Shown here piece after piece: positions 40,027 through 52,546 of a stretch of 64,000 nt of DNA. The notes beneath the pieces were generated by a model that saw only the letters and a program-made list of their open reading frames with translations, had not been told where the DNA came from and made no database searches. The position numbers and the translations under genes are program-made. Each line of letters starts with the position of its first letter. Position 1 is the stretch's first letter. This stretch comes from Diadema antillarum (lineage: Eukaryota). The DNA lies in NCBI RefSeq assembly GCF_040938485.1, contig NW_027271601.1, positions 434,001 to 498,000 of the forward strand. Direction: 5' to 3'.

Positions 40027-41277
40027 AGGAGAATAAAGGTTAAAATACAAGTTTAAGGCTTCTTACAGCTGACATTATTACCGTTTAACTTGACCAAACA
40101 CACCACAGGGCTTATTTTACATATGAGAAAATCTAACTTAAAATCAAACAAGTGCAATGATCTAACATGAAGCTGTATGCAGCCATTTTGCTTGGGGTTC
40201 CCAGGAAACATGACGTTTTGGCGCTGTACATGTGATTGGCTACTAAGGTCTACACTCACTACTAAAACCCCACCATAAATATAACACTTGAAAATGTTTT
40301 AAGTCATAATTCTAACTTTGTAAAGATATTTCTTATTAAATATTTTATTACCTTTTTAACTTTCTGAATTTTACCATTTTTTTGTGTGTGTTTAAGAGCA
40401 TGAATTACATCAAATATTTTACATTATGAAATTGATCATCGAGCTCCAACATATCCACAGAAGCGAACTGCGTGTTTTTGCTATAGTGTATGCCCTACTA
40501 CCGCAAACACTATTTCTGTCATTTCATTTATTCCTGCTATTTGTTCTGGATCAAAAGTTTCAGTATTTTAACGTCATAATTCATCATATTCAATCAGTAA
40601 TCTCCATATTTGTTACATTTGTGTATATTTAATGGTTTGCCCAGTGGCGTACGCATATGAATCAGTGTTTTCAAAGCGTGAATTGGAGCGTGGCAGGGAT
40701 GGTTTGATGCAGCTGCATATAGTGAGAGCTGCCGGGAGCAGTACAAACAGCAAAGATGATCGCCTAGCTTTCCCTATCCCCCTGAACCAGAGTGCGAACA
40801 ATCAATGGTGCTGCTGTATCAACTGTAAGCCACAAGACTCTGCTTTGCAGTGTGGATGCTGTCATGAAATGACAAACTATGAGAGATTTGTTTTTCTCTG
40901 GGTTTGGGAGGATATGAAACATTTTCCCGCTTGTCTTTTTGCTCTTGTTTGTATATCCAAAGGCCTGACAGTAAGGCAGGCGAAATGTTAAGCGGCCGAG
41001 AACTAGCACACTCGTTTTTCACCGCTGCATGTACAGGACCACAAGTCTTAGCAGGATTTTACAGTGTACAGCACAATTTGTCATTTCTTCATGGGGGTCT
41101 TTGTATTCCCTGACAAAATGGCAGTCCACTTATTAACAAATACATATGATTGCATTTTAAAAAATGGAATAACTTTGTTATGGGGAGGGGGCACACACTT
41201 GCCAAATACATCAAGTTGTAGGTGGTAATGTTCTCTATTCAGATAGAATTATATATGTGCAAAACCTTTATTGTCCT
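40027..41277. mobile_element. Internally deleted Kolobok-type DNA transposon
   Basis: TTAA|AGGAGAATAAAGGTT...AACCTTTATTGTCCT|TTAA (TIR 14/15 match) with weaker subterminal inverted similarity. Confidence 0.8.
40632..40991 (+). pseudogene. Decayed P2X7 C-terminal (ballast)/nanor-like Cys-rich ORF carried by the transposon
   Basis: AYAYESVFSKRELE...NQWCCCINCKPQDSALQCGCCHEM fits the recalled family pattern PYxFEPxxxxEEL...WCxCGxCxxMxxxxECxCCxEI; the C-terminal half is degraded. Confidence 0.6.
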
Positions 41278-42289
41278 TTAATATTAACAGTTTTTAACCC
41301 AGTTTTTCTCATTCTCTGACTTTCACTGGCAGTTCCTAGGCAGCTAAATCGCTGTGAAAAACTCACAATGATAAACCCACCTCTTCACTGAGGTTTTGCA
41401 ATCACTCTCACCTAGATAAAGACATACACGTAAGCTTCTGGTCATGTGATTCTCCCCCCCCCCCCCCCCCCCCCCCATGTGGATGCATGTGAACATAAAG
41501 GTAACAAATCTTTGAACTTTTATGTACATCCTTCACTATCTTAAGGATTTTATACATTATGCCACAAGATGAGTAGGAGATGAACACTACTAACAAAATT
41601 TTGTTTGCGTGTTTCATTTTAATCTTGAAACAAAGCTGAATGATATTTCTGAACTTGTGTTTTTGAAATCATATGTCAATAAAAACTTACTACAAGTTCA
41701 GATTGATTGCATTAATGAGGAGAGTAAACTAAAGGAATTAAAAGAAAAAAAAAGAGATTAATTTCCATGTAATAGACTGAGAATGAGAAAGTGACTGAAT
41801 TTGATTTTGAGCCAATAATAATATTGGACACAATCACTTAAATTTGATTTGGGCTGAAGATATAAATTTCTCCCTTTGATTTGACTCAAATCTTTTCTAT
41901 GTTTCATCTTTGCATTAATACAAGGAGAAATTAACGGAGAAATTACATTGTCTGATTCAAGAGCTGTGTGTACAAACCAATTGGAGATTTGTGAAGCAAC
42001 AGATATTTGTAGCTGATATCACCTTTGATAATCCATATAGCTTTTTGTTTTAGTTTTGATATTTTTTTATTGAAACACTGTTCTATTTGTTTTTCTCCAC
42101 TCTTCTTGTTAAAGGTTATTATGAATATAAAGAGAATATTCCCTTGAACACATCATTGTCAAACAGTGTTTTTCAGTTTGATGGAGTTTTGTTTCGTTTA
42201 AGAATACAGATATTGTTTGTGTCTGAACAATCCATAATCATAAACACATGTAATACATTACTGGTAAAGGGCAATGTCAAATTATTGAT

Positions 42290-43470
42290 ATCAGTAAGAG
42301 ATAGAAGCTGTTTTCTAGGAAGGGCAAGGCTGTGTGAATGTTTGTTTTTTTTTCATAAAGAGAGATATTTATGAATACTTACCAAGAGAGGTGTATTTAT
42401 GTGAGGTACAAACTCTCTCTTGACTTTATTATGCTTATAATTTGTGAAACTAGATTTTCCTCTCTCTTTTTTTTCAGACCCATTGCACACTGTATGAATG
42501 ATATATCGTGAGAGATAGAAACTGTGTACTAGTAAAGGGCAAGGCTTTATGAATGCTGACAGACAGACATAATACTGTATCAGTGTACAAGTGAAGGGCA
42601 AGACTGTAGGAATGATATATGAGTGGGATATAGAAACTGTGTACGTAGAGAAGGGTAGGCTATATGAATGAAATCAACTGGGCATACAGCTGTGTGCTAG
42701 GGAAGGGCAAGGCTTTGTGAATCATATGAGTGAGAGATAGAAACTGTGTGCCAGGGAAGGGTAAGGTTGTGTGAATGATATATCAGTGAGAGATAGAAAT
42801 GAGAGATAGAAACTGTGTGTTACTCATATACTGCTAGGGAAGGGTAAGGCTGCTTGAATGATATATCACTGGAAGATAGAAGTTGTATACTAGGGCCTAT
42901 ATAGTGAAGGGTAAGGCTCTGTGAATGATATATCAGTGAGAGATAGAAATGAGAGATAGAAACTGTGTACCAGGAAAGGGTAAGGCTGTGTGAATGCTGA
43001 CAGACAGAGATATACATGTATTAGTGTACAAGTGAAGGATAGAGATGTGTGAGTGATATATTAAGAAAGATAGAAGCCATATACTAAGGGTAAGGCTGCA
43101 TGGATGATGAGATAGAAACCTATGTAGAAACTAGCAAAGGGCAAGGCTGCATGAATGATATTATATGGGTAAGAGATAGAAATTGTATACTAGAGAAGGG
43201 CAAGGTCTTGTGAATGATATATCAGTTGGATCAGAAACTGTGTACTAGTGAAGGGTAAGGCCGTATGAATGATATATCAATGAGAGATATAATAGAAACG
43301 AAGGGCAAGGCTGTGTGAATGATGTATCAGTTGGAGATTGAAGCTTTATACGAGTGAATGGTAAGGTTCTATGAATGCTTACAGAGGGAGGTGTATTACT
43401 GCAAGATACAAACTCTCTGTTAACTTTAATGCTTATTGATTTGTGAAACTAGTTTTTCCTCTCTTTTTTT
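42290..43470. repeat. Degenerate ~57-bp minisatellite with a duplicated ~90-bp block
   Basis: Recurrent GAGATAGAAACTGTGTACTAG...AAGGG(C/T)AAGGCT.TGTGAATGATATATCA; similar blocks at ~42385-42475 and ~43385-43470. Confidence 0.85.
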
Positions 43471-44416
43471 CATTGCATACTGCCTTGCCCTGCTTTACTT
43501 GTTCTGCCTTCAGCAAAATAGAGTAAAATGGTTTAAAGCAAGAACAGAAAAAATAGACAGAAGGTGTATCATGAATAGATATCCCTACAGTTCTGTATGT
43601 TGTGGAAGAAGGGAAACTTGTGAGGCTAGCACAAGTTCAAAGAATGATCGTTGTTGGACCAAACTTCCTCCATACCTAACCCATGCTTGCCTAAATCTTA
43701 GAATACCAAACATATTTTTCATTATGTACAGTGTGTTATGTACCCTCTCTATCTCCTTCCCAGTGCACTTACCTTCAGCTTTAATGGAATAGCCTGTAAA
43801 AGCCAACCAAGATCTTGATCAAACCATTAGGGTGTGGGGTTGCACACAACTACATGATGTGCACTGTTGTTGTGATTGAAGGGACGGCCTATACTATATA
43901 CTCAGCTGTGCTGCAATTGCTTACCTGCTCTTCTAAATGGAATCTCCCTATCAGAAAGAATCCCCTCATAAAGAAGTCCCACTCCTACACATCCTGTGTG
44001 TGAATTAGGTGCAGTCTATTTTAGGGCATGACATCATTCAAACAGTTTCTACACCACCCCTATTTTAGGGCTGTAACATCTAGTATGCAGGGGGAGATTA
44101 ATCTTCCTGGCCTCTGAGGGAATGGAGCAGGTTTAATACACTGCTGCAAGCCTGTTACCCATGTCTCAAGAGTACCCTCTGGAAATGGTGTAGTCATTTT
44201 TGTGTGTTTTGTTGAGAGAGATGGGAGATTATTTGCTGGTAGTCTGAAGGGGGCAGATGTCATAATTAAAGTTACTAACAAACTGTTTCCTTGTTCTTAT
44301 TTGTGTGTTTTTTGTACAGTACTCTCCACGTAATCGGGTATCGCTTAAACGGGTACTCCGTTTAATTGGGTAGTAATGTCAGAGTCAGTTCCAATGCACA
44401 TTAAAATTTACTGATA

Positions 44417-45892
44417 CAGTCAAACCTGTCTTAGCGGCCATCTCTCGATAGCGGCCACCTGCTTATAACGGCCACTGAAAAATCCCCCAAACGCGATTGC
44501 TGTATTATAGACCCTTTATAAAGCAGCCACCTGCCTAACGCGGCCAGCGGCCACTCATTTTGTCTCCCGTGGTGAATATCAACCTGCGTATAGCGGCCAC
44601 AAAAATTGAGTTGATCCATTAAATCAGCAATGAGTACGATGTCTTTTACGTTCATTGCGTAATTTCTGCCGAGTCCTACCTCAGTCACAATCACACAGAC
44701 ATGATTGACAAAATATTAATGCAGCTCTTTGCCTCGAAAACCCGTCTTACCACCAACTTGACTAGATTAGATCTAGGCTTCATCAGTAATGCAGCCCTGA
44801 ATAGATGCTACAAAGGCACAGACAACTCCTAATAACAACTTAGACTGTTACTGAAATGCAGACTAATTAGTGTTTAAGTCCCTTTGAATAAGGACAACGT
44901 AGTACTTGTCTAGGTATTGTTTCATTTCATTTCATTTCATTTCATTTCATTTCAGTCTTTATTGTCCATATCATGGATATTTGTTTTGTTCACATGCTAT
45001 TTACAAAACAGAAAAATATACAATACACAATTACATTGACAACATTCAAAAAACATATTAAATATCACAAAGCATCTTTTTGCCAACATTATAAAACAGA
45101 AAAACATTACCGGTATATATCATCATCAATTTTCAAACATTCAACCTATTGATATGTCTTTATCTTTAACTATGAATACAACAAAAACTGATATGGGTGA
45201 TTTGTTTCCGTATCTTTCTGGCACAATATACAAAATCCTGCAAATTATTCATCCGTAATCACCAGATGAAATGAAATACGCAAACAAAAAATTCTTACTC
45301 TAATCTAATTCAATCTCCTCTCCCTTCTCAACAGATTTCATTTATCATAAAATAAATAAACATCATCAGCTACGCTAAACCAAAACCTTCCGTACAACCT
45401 CCAGCTCAAAACTTTCCTAAACCTTACCACATTATCAATCAATCCAATCAATCAATTCAAAAATCCAATCATATCATTATCATTGTTTCTATAGTTTCTA
45501 TAGTTTACCGGCGTAAATTTTACACATTATCAATCTTCCATCGAACTCAGCTTTCGTGAACTCCATTCATGCAAACCGGTAGGGAAGAACCAGAGCACTT
45601 CTCAGGCCCGAAATATTGTTTTTAAAACCAAAAGAATAGAAGGAGGCAATGAAAAAAAAATTGAAGTGAATTGTACAACGAAAATCCCCATAATAGCAGA
45701 GCTGCTGCACATTCAAACTTATATGTTGGTTGTTGTTTTGTTTTTGTTTTTAGAATAACATGCGGTATTTTTGGCTATCATATAATGCAAGTAATGAAAT
45801 TCAAAATGGCCGCCAACCTGTCTATAACGGCCACCTGTCTATAGCGGCCACCTGTCTATAGCGGCCACTTTTGTTGTTTCCCGTGGGTGGCC
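44417..45892. mobile_element. Tigger/pogo-like element, right TIR lost
   Basis: TA|CAGTCAAACCTGTCTTAGCGGCCA start and repeated (ACCTGTC)TATAGCGGCCA blocks near both ends. It breaks off at GGGTGGCC where the terminal TIR is expected. Confidence 0.75.
44920..45330 (-). mobile_element. 3' fragment of a non-LTR retrotransposon (L1/Tx1-like); 5' limit uncertain
   Basis: Minus strand reads AATAAA then a (TGAAA)n tail. A frameshifted CILCQKDTE/ITHISFCC at ~45180-45235 resembles the ORF2 C-terminal zinc finger. Confidence 0.55.
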
Positions 45893-46644
45893 AGGGCACT
45901 TAGGTCAGTCAGAGGGCACCAAGGCCACATTCGAAAGGGCACTTTTGAGTGTTTATACGTGATGTGAATGCCCCATAGAGCTGTATGCTATCGACCGTGC
46001 TGCTACACTCCAGCAGCGCACACACGCATAAGATCTCTCCGCAGCAGACGACGTTAGGCAGTAGGCCATACGCAATACGATGTAGGTCCTGTAATACAGT
46101 ACGTTCTCAACGCACAAGCCGCGCTCGCTTTGGAGCACTTCATCAGGCGCCATTTTGCTTTGAGCATGCGGCGCGGGTCGCGCGGGCGGGCATGAATGCA
46201 GAGCGAGAGAGATGGCAATGCTCGCAGCCGTCCGACAGGCCTTTTTAGCATGGCTTGCGACCACTTGCTCCGGTTCGCCGCCGCTGCCTAGCTAGTAACT
46301 CTATGGCTGCTGCGCTGCGGAGGCAGTCGGGACGGTAAAAGCCGGTCGGGTGTAGACACATGTACGTACACGTCGTCTCGTATCACGGAAAGATACTTTG
46401 AGTTTGAATCAGATATATCCGGACACGAGTGAACTGAAGGTATGATATTTGAGTAGACTTTGAGAAAGGGCATATTATACGTCATACATAATAACTTTCA
46501 TTCTAAAAGGGCACCACTGCCACAAGAAAAAGGGCACATTTTTTTTTGGCCGTAACTTTGATCAAGAAAAGAAAGGCATTGCGGCCAACGAGAGGGGCAC
46601 CGACGGCCATGGCCGTCGGTGGCCGTCGGTTAATTTGAGGCCTG
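45893..46644. mobile_element. Right-end fragment of a CpG-rich DNA transposon (hAT-like terminus)
   Basis: Ends GGTTAATTTGAGGCCTG (reverse complement CAGGCCTCAAATTAACC) with repeated AGGGCAC subterminal motifs; no matching left TIR found. Confidence 0.5.
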
Positions 46645-46983
46645 CATGTTAATACACATTGTGTGTGTCCATTGTGAATGAGATGTGTGTTCTTCTGTTA
46701 ATCAGGTGCTCCGCTTAATTGGGTAAGAAACGCTCTGCCCGAGCCTACCCGTTTATGCAGAGAGTACTGTATTTATTTGACTGGGGGCAGATTATTCAGG
46801 TGTCGAATGCAAAGCAGCCCAGAGGAAGTTCAAGTGACTGTTCAACTCCAGAAGAAATTTCTTGAGCATGTTTACAGCCTAGTATTTGTGAATAGTTGTT
46901 CCTTACTCAGTGCAAGGATGGTTATTTTTACTTTTTTTCCAGGTTTGTTTTGTTTGTTTGCTCCTTGTGCTTGATGTTGAATT

Positions 46984-47286
46984 CAGAGACTCCAACCCCA
47001 AGCACCTTCTGATCTGGAGATTCTCCCGCCTGAAACCCCTTGCAAACGGGAGACTCAAAGTTGATGTGTGCGAAGCGCGAAATTCCCAGGGTTCTAGATG
47101 CTCTCTGGTGCTATCTAAGGCTTATTTTTTCAACATGCGATAGAAATATGTAAGAAATCCTCTCCAACGGGAGACAAAGAGCCAGGGCGGGAGAAATTAA
47201 ATCTCAAACGGGAGAATGGGAGATTTTGCAAAAATGGGATTTCGGCGGGAGATCTCCCGTCGAAAACGGGAGAGTTGGAGTCACTG
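46984..47286. mobile_element. 303-bp MITE with CAG termini and an apparent 6-bp TSD
   Basis: TGAATT|CAGAGACTCCAAC...GTTGGAGTCACTG|TGAATT with many CGGGAGA/TCTCCCG motifs. Confidence 0.8.
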
Positions 47287-47604
47287 TGAATTGGATATGA
47301 TATAAGGACATCCATCATTGCTAATTAATAGTGCAACTTTCTACCTAGTTGTTAGGTGATGATTGTGTCTGTAATAACTGTGCATTGGCATTGCTCTGAT
47401 CAACATATCCTAGTCACCTAATTGAGCTATAAAAATCCTATATGTATTCTAACCATTATGCATCCCACCCCACCACCCCATCAACCATCAATCCCCCCCC
47501 CAAAAAAAAAAAAAAAATAGCATATCAGCCCTTGCTCACCTAAAATCATTCCTGATTTGCAAAATATTTTGCTCACAAAATATATAACATGCATATACAA
47601 TATA

Positions 47605-47814
47605 CTGTAAAAGTGGTTTCTTTCGCGTACAGAAACTTTCGCGGTTTCCATCGGTGCGGACTTTTTCGCGTGTGTTTAAATTCGCAGTCGGTAATGATAG
47701 CATTGTACAAGCAACGAGTTCAAAACATTTTCGTGTGATGTTATATTCGCAGTTCAACCTCAAAGCGCGAAAAGCGCGAAAATAAAACCACCGTGAAAGA
47801 AACCACTTTTACAG
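47605..47814. mobile_element. TA-flanked MITE
   Basis: TA|CTGTAAAAGTGGTTTCTTTC...GAAAGAAACCACTTTTACAG|TA. Confidence 0.88.
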
Positions 47815-48062
47815 TACAACACAAATCTTGCCCTTGGGAAAGCTGTGTGCAGGCAGGGAGGTGGGAACCCACTTCCCTGGTGCAGGGGGTGCTGGTGGTA
47901 CCCACCTTCAGAGACCAGTCTTTGGGAGGGGTGGGTCAGCTGAGAGCATGGTGTGAATAAGCCTCACCTTCACACATATTCGGACATACAATTGTGCAAC
48001 TGATGTGCAATCACACGATATGAAGCTCAAGCTTTTGTGTGTGTATGCAATGTATCAATTAC

Positions 48063-48292
48063 TACATACGCTGAATATTTCGCAAGGTTTTTATTTTCAC
48101 GAATTCCGTGAGTCAGGTGCTATTTGCGAAAATAAAGACACATGAAAATAATGACTCTGATCCCTATATGAATGTGACACACACTTATACATTTCTCCGT
48201 TCAGTACAGCACTCCATGATCGCGATTTTAACCACTCGTGAAATCGTCGGGAAGTCCCGATTCGCGAAAATTTAGACTCGCTAAATATACAG
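48063..48292. mobile_element. Degenerate TA-type MITE
   Basis: TTCGCGAAAA motifs and a ...ATATACAG|TA right end; the left end is eroded. Confidence 0.55.
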
Positions 48293-50722
48293 TATGCAAG
48301 TGTTCACAGACTCACAAGTTGTCATAATCATATATCCATACTTAGTGTTCTCTTGATATCACTGCATCATGTAGACTTTATAATTATACTTTGTATGTCC
48401 ATGTTAGTATGTGGTACCTTGGTGTACCTACTAAAAATTTGCTGTTTTGTAAAAATAAAAAATAAAAAAATCGGCGCTGAACCCTGGGGTACCAAGTAGA
48501 TAAGTGAAAGTAACTTTAGTGCTTTTTGTAAGGAAATTTAGATTTGTTAGTGATCTTAACACAACAATAAATGAATGCTTATAAATCAAATAAATCCCAC
48601 TATTTAATAATTTTTTTCTCTCTCTCCCTCTGTCTGAGTGCAGTACTAAATGGTGCTAATTCAATACCCTGCCACTGTAGTGGCCCTACAGGCAGTGCAA
48701 TTCCTGCTGTGAACCATTAATGGTTCTGCAATATATAAGTTAGATGTGATTGATATGTACCTTAGGGTTCCCAACAAGTAGAGTCATTATTTCACTGAGG
48801 CCCTTTTACAGATACAAAAGGCTTTGAGAAAACATGTTTTGAGTCTCTTTCTTGCTTCTAATTCCACCTTGATCATATTTTCCAAGTATATTCAAGTTGA
48901 GATCATATTCTCTCCCTCTCATGTTGCCTTGCCAGAGACAAGGCAGGGATTAGAAAGCAACATTCACATTTGTTAGCACCCAGCTGTCTTCCTGTTATTG
49001 AGTTCAGTAAATCGTCACCCTTTGAATTCCACAATCATCCAATCAGACAGCGCTGCATGACAGCAGGGTTTCCATAGATGTTCGTCATTACAAAATGGGG
49101 TCAGCCCATGCCCTTTTCCGTGCCACCATCAATTTCTACCACTTGGGGTGTAAATTTGCACCCTATATGCTATTTCTTAGTATTGGTTATTGAAATTTCC
49201 TCCTTTCCTCCTCCCATGGTATCTAGTGAAACAGGAAGGAAAGGTTTACACCTTGGAATCACGCTGTTTTGTTTTTTTGGCTGATGAATCTAGCCAATTA
49301 GACAGCGTCGGTGTGATGCTGTGGCCTCGGCAGGGCCAGCAGTGGGGTGCAGTGTGAGACAGGAGGTCAGGGGAGAGGTGTTGAGACAATGGCCTCCTGT
49401 CCTGTCCCCCTTCTCTGCCCTCCTCATGGGATGCACTTTTCTCTTTTCAAGAAGTGCATTTCCCCTGCCAAAAAGTACAGGGAGGGGTTGAAACTCCTTC
49501 TTAGCTCATGTCAAAGCACTATTATCTCAGTCGGCCAGCAATTAGCCACCTTGTGTAAAACGGGGTAAGGAGATGGAAAGTGCAAACTGCAACGGCTTTA
49601 AGAGTGGGGAAGAAGAATATGAGACATTTTCATGTGCAGCAAACTGTTAGGTGTTTTGTGGAGGAGGATGGGCGGACGTGATGGTGTGCCCCATTTGAAG
49701 TCAGAGGGACTTGGGGACATCTTCCTCTCTTCTATCTGGTTATAGGTCAGTAGTTTGTTGAGAATCCCCTCACGAGGGCGAGAGGAAGGCAAGGCTGGGG
49801 ACCCATGGGATGCATGGCTAGGAGCCTGGAATAATCCTCTCAAGTGTCAATTGAGCGAGGATAAGGGACTCCGTCACTGTAGGCTGGGTGTGTCTTGAGA
49901 TTGACCCCACCGAGCTGGAAAGGGCCCTGGATGATTGGATTTAAATTGATTGCTAGATTTGATTTCAATTGGCACTTTCATTTCTGTCCCCTTTGCTGGC
50001 CAGAGGGGAAATTCTCTGGCAAGGTTAAACACTAGTGCAATGATTTTTGTCTCAAAAGTAATGTGGCATTCTCATCCTCATATATTTCAGAGAAAAACAA
50101 GTCCTCATCTTTACTGGAAAACACACCTAAGGAAAGCTTGAATACCCTTTCTTTTAATAGGGGGGGGGGTGGGAACGTTATGTACAAAAATTTATTGACA
50201 GGACCTTAATCTAAATATCCTTTGACTAGGATTAGAATGAAGGGCTGGAATTTCTGATCTGATTGAACAAAATCTTACCCATCACCACTTCCTTTTTAGT
50301 CTCCTCCGTAGTGATGACAATTCCTACCTCAAGGCATCAGCTATTTTGCTTATATCATTCAGTGATTATACTACTTGTTCACAAGGAGATACAGTGGTGT
50401 AGATTCCATTTATGTGAGTGTGTTTTGCTCACTATGTCTGAAAAGCAGCAAATGTGGAGATTAAAATTATGTTTATCAAATACCCTTGACACTACATTGC
50501 ATGAAATTGGAAACCATAAATCTCTCATCACTAATGCATGCTACTTAATCAGGGAGAAGAGACGAGGTGATTGTGGTATAGAGGAAACTTTCCTGATTAC
50601 GTTCTGCTGCAATTCCACCAGAACCTCTGTATACATTGGCAACACGAACAAGATTCAGAAATGGTTGTAAGATTGATGGAGCTGAAGAAAACTTCTTCTT
50701 TATCACCATGGAGACGGATGAT

Positions 50723-50761
50723 TCCTCCTCCTCCTCCTCCTCCTCCTCCTCCTCCTCCTCC
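50723..50761. repeat. (CCT)n microsatellite
   Basis: Direct reading. Confidence 0.95.
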
Positions 50762-52213
50762 AGCTAGAGATTGATGCTGATGAAAGGCAGTGATTACAAG
50801 CCGTCATCCTAAATGAGCTTCTCAGACCCTACTCTGCCACTTACATGACTGCCTCAGTCAGTGAGATTGATGAAGTTTAGAAAGCCAGTGCTTCTGTTGC
50901 CATGACAACTGTATTTGTAATACAAGTGGAGACAGCTCTGTGCCAGATTCCCATGATAAATTAAACATAAAGTAGCTTGCAAGACTAATGCACTTCTTCT
51001 ATCATCAGCATATACATTAATCTGTCCATATGGTAGCTCTTGATATTGTGAAGTTGGTGGAAAGTTGGTTTTTTTTTTCTTTCATGGGTGATTTTTGAAC
51101 ACCAAAACAGTAAAATTCTCAGTGTAGTAAGTCTCCAATCAATTAAATTCTGCAGTACCTTCCTTATTTCATTTTCTTCCTTTCTTTCCACTCTTCTTCT
51201 ATCCATTGCATTTACTTTTTTATGCTTTCCTTTTAAATTGCCTTTTAATTTCAGCTAAAAATTGGAGTGTCCATCTCTGTTTGATACCAGAAGTGGTTCC
51301 TAGTTGTGAGGCTAATTGATGTCCCATTTCCCTTTCACTCAAAGAAAGTTAATAGAAAAAAAAAAACAGCAAAGGTTGGTAATTTCTTTCAGGTTTTGAG
51401 AAAATGGTGGCATGAAGAAAATCATTTTGAGCCCTGGGAAACAAATTTACAAACAAATATATTTCTCATGTTAGGAACTTGAACATCATGTTTCTGTAAC
51501 ACTTTTCTCACCGAGGCAGATCAAATAATAGGCTGCTCACACTGCAAACAATAATTCATCATGCCTTACTTGTGCTTGTTATCAGTTTTTGTTTTTTTTT
51601 TGGTTCACATATATCCCAATGTTCTCAACACCCCTATGTTAAAATGGAGGCATCCTAACCAGTGATCTCTCCTCATTGAAGCAGACACAATGTATTGTCC
51701 TTGTCTATTTTGTTGTTGTTGCTGTAAAGGTCATGATATTGCAGTGCCCTTATAGTTTCCTTTCCTGCCTATTTGCTGATCTCTGCCCACTTGGACTTGC
51801 TACCTTTGACATTTTGCCTGTCATCTTCTCTGCTTTGTTCTCTCATCTTCCACTTTCTGAATCATTCTGAGTTATCTCTATTCTTCTCTCCTCCTCCCTC
51901 TTCCTCTTTCTCTCTCCTCTTTTGTTTTGTCTGCATCTATTGGCATTTGGTAGTATGTATACCCTGTGACGGTTTCGGATCGAAATATTTTTACTAGTTT
52001 GTAAAAGTCTGACATTTTATTCTTTCTTTCTTTCAGGTGTAAACATTTCTTCTTTCTTGGCGTACATATCATCCCCCTGTTTACACTAGTCATACTCTTT
52101 CTCTGTCTTACCCTGATGACCCTGTCTTACTCTGATGAAGTCTAGCTGGTAAACTCTACCAAAGCTTGGATTCTCCAATCTTAGATGAGAGTGAAGCACT
52201 CATCTCATGTATT

Positions 52214-52546
52214 CCTGTCTCTTACCCCACCCCTTTCTCTTACCCCACCCCTGTCTCTTACCCCACCCCTTTCTCTTACCCCACCCCTGTCTCTTACCCC
52301 ACCCCTGTCTCTTACCCCACCCCTTTCTCTTACCCCACCCCTGTCTCTTACCCCACCCCTGTCTCTTATCCCACCCCTGTCTCTTACCCCACCCCTGTCT
52401 CTTACCCCACCCCTGTCTCTTACCCCACCCCTGTCTCTTATCCCACCCCTGTCTCTTACCCCACCCCTGTCTCTTATCCCACCCCTGTCTCTTACCCCAC
52501 CCCTGTCTCTTACCCCACCCCTGTCTCTTACCACACCCCTGTCTCT
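52214..52546. repeat. 18-bp minisatellite (CCTGTCTCTTACCCCACC), ~18 copies
   Basis: Direct reading; it generates the repetitive ORFs in four frames. Confidence 0.97.

Larger units (their letters stand above)
44317..46769. mobile_element. Outer TA-flanked MITE interrupted by nested insertions
   Basis: TA|CAGTACTCTC...GAGAGTACTG|TA with TTAATTGGGTA motifs near both ends. Confidence 0.75.
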
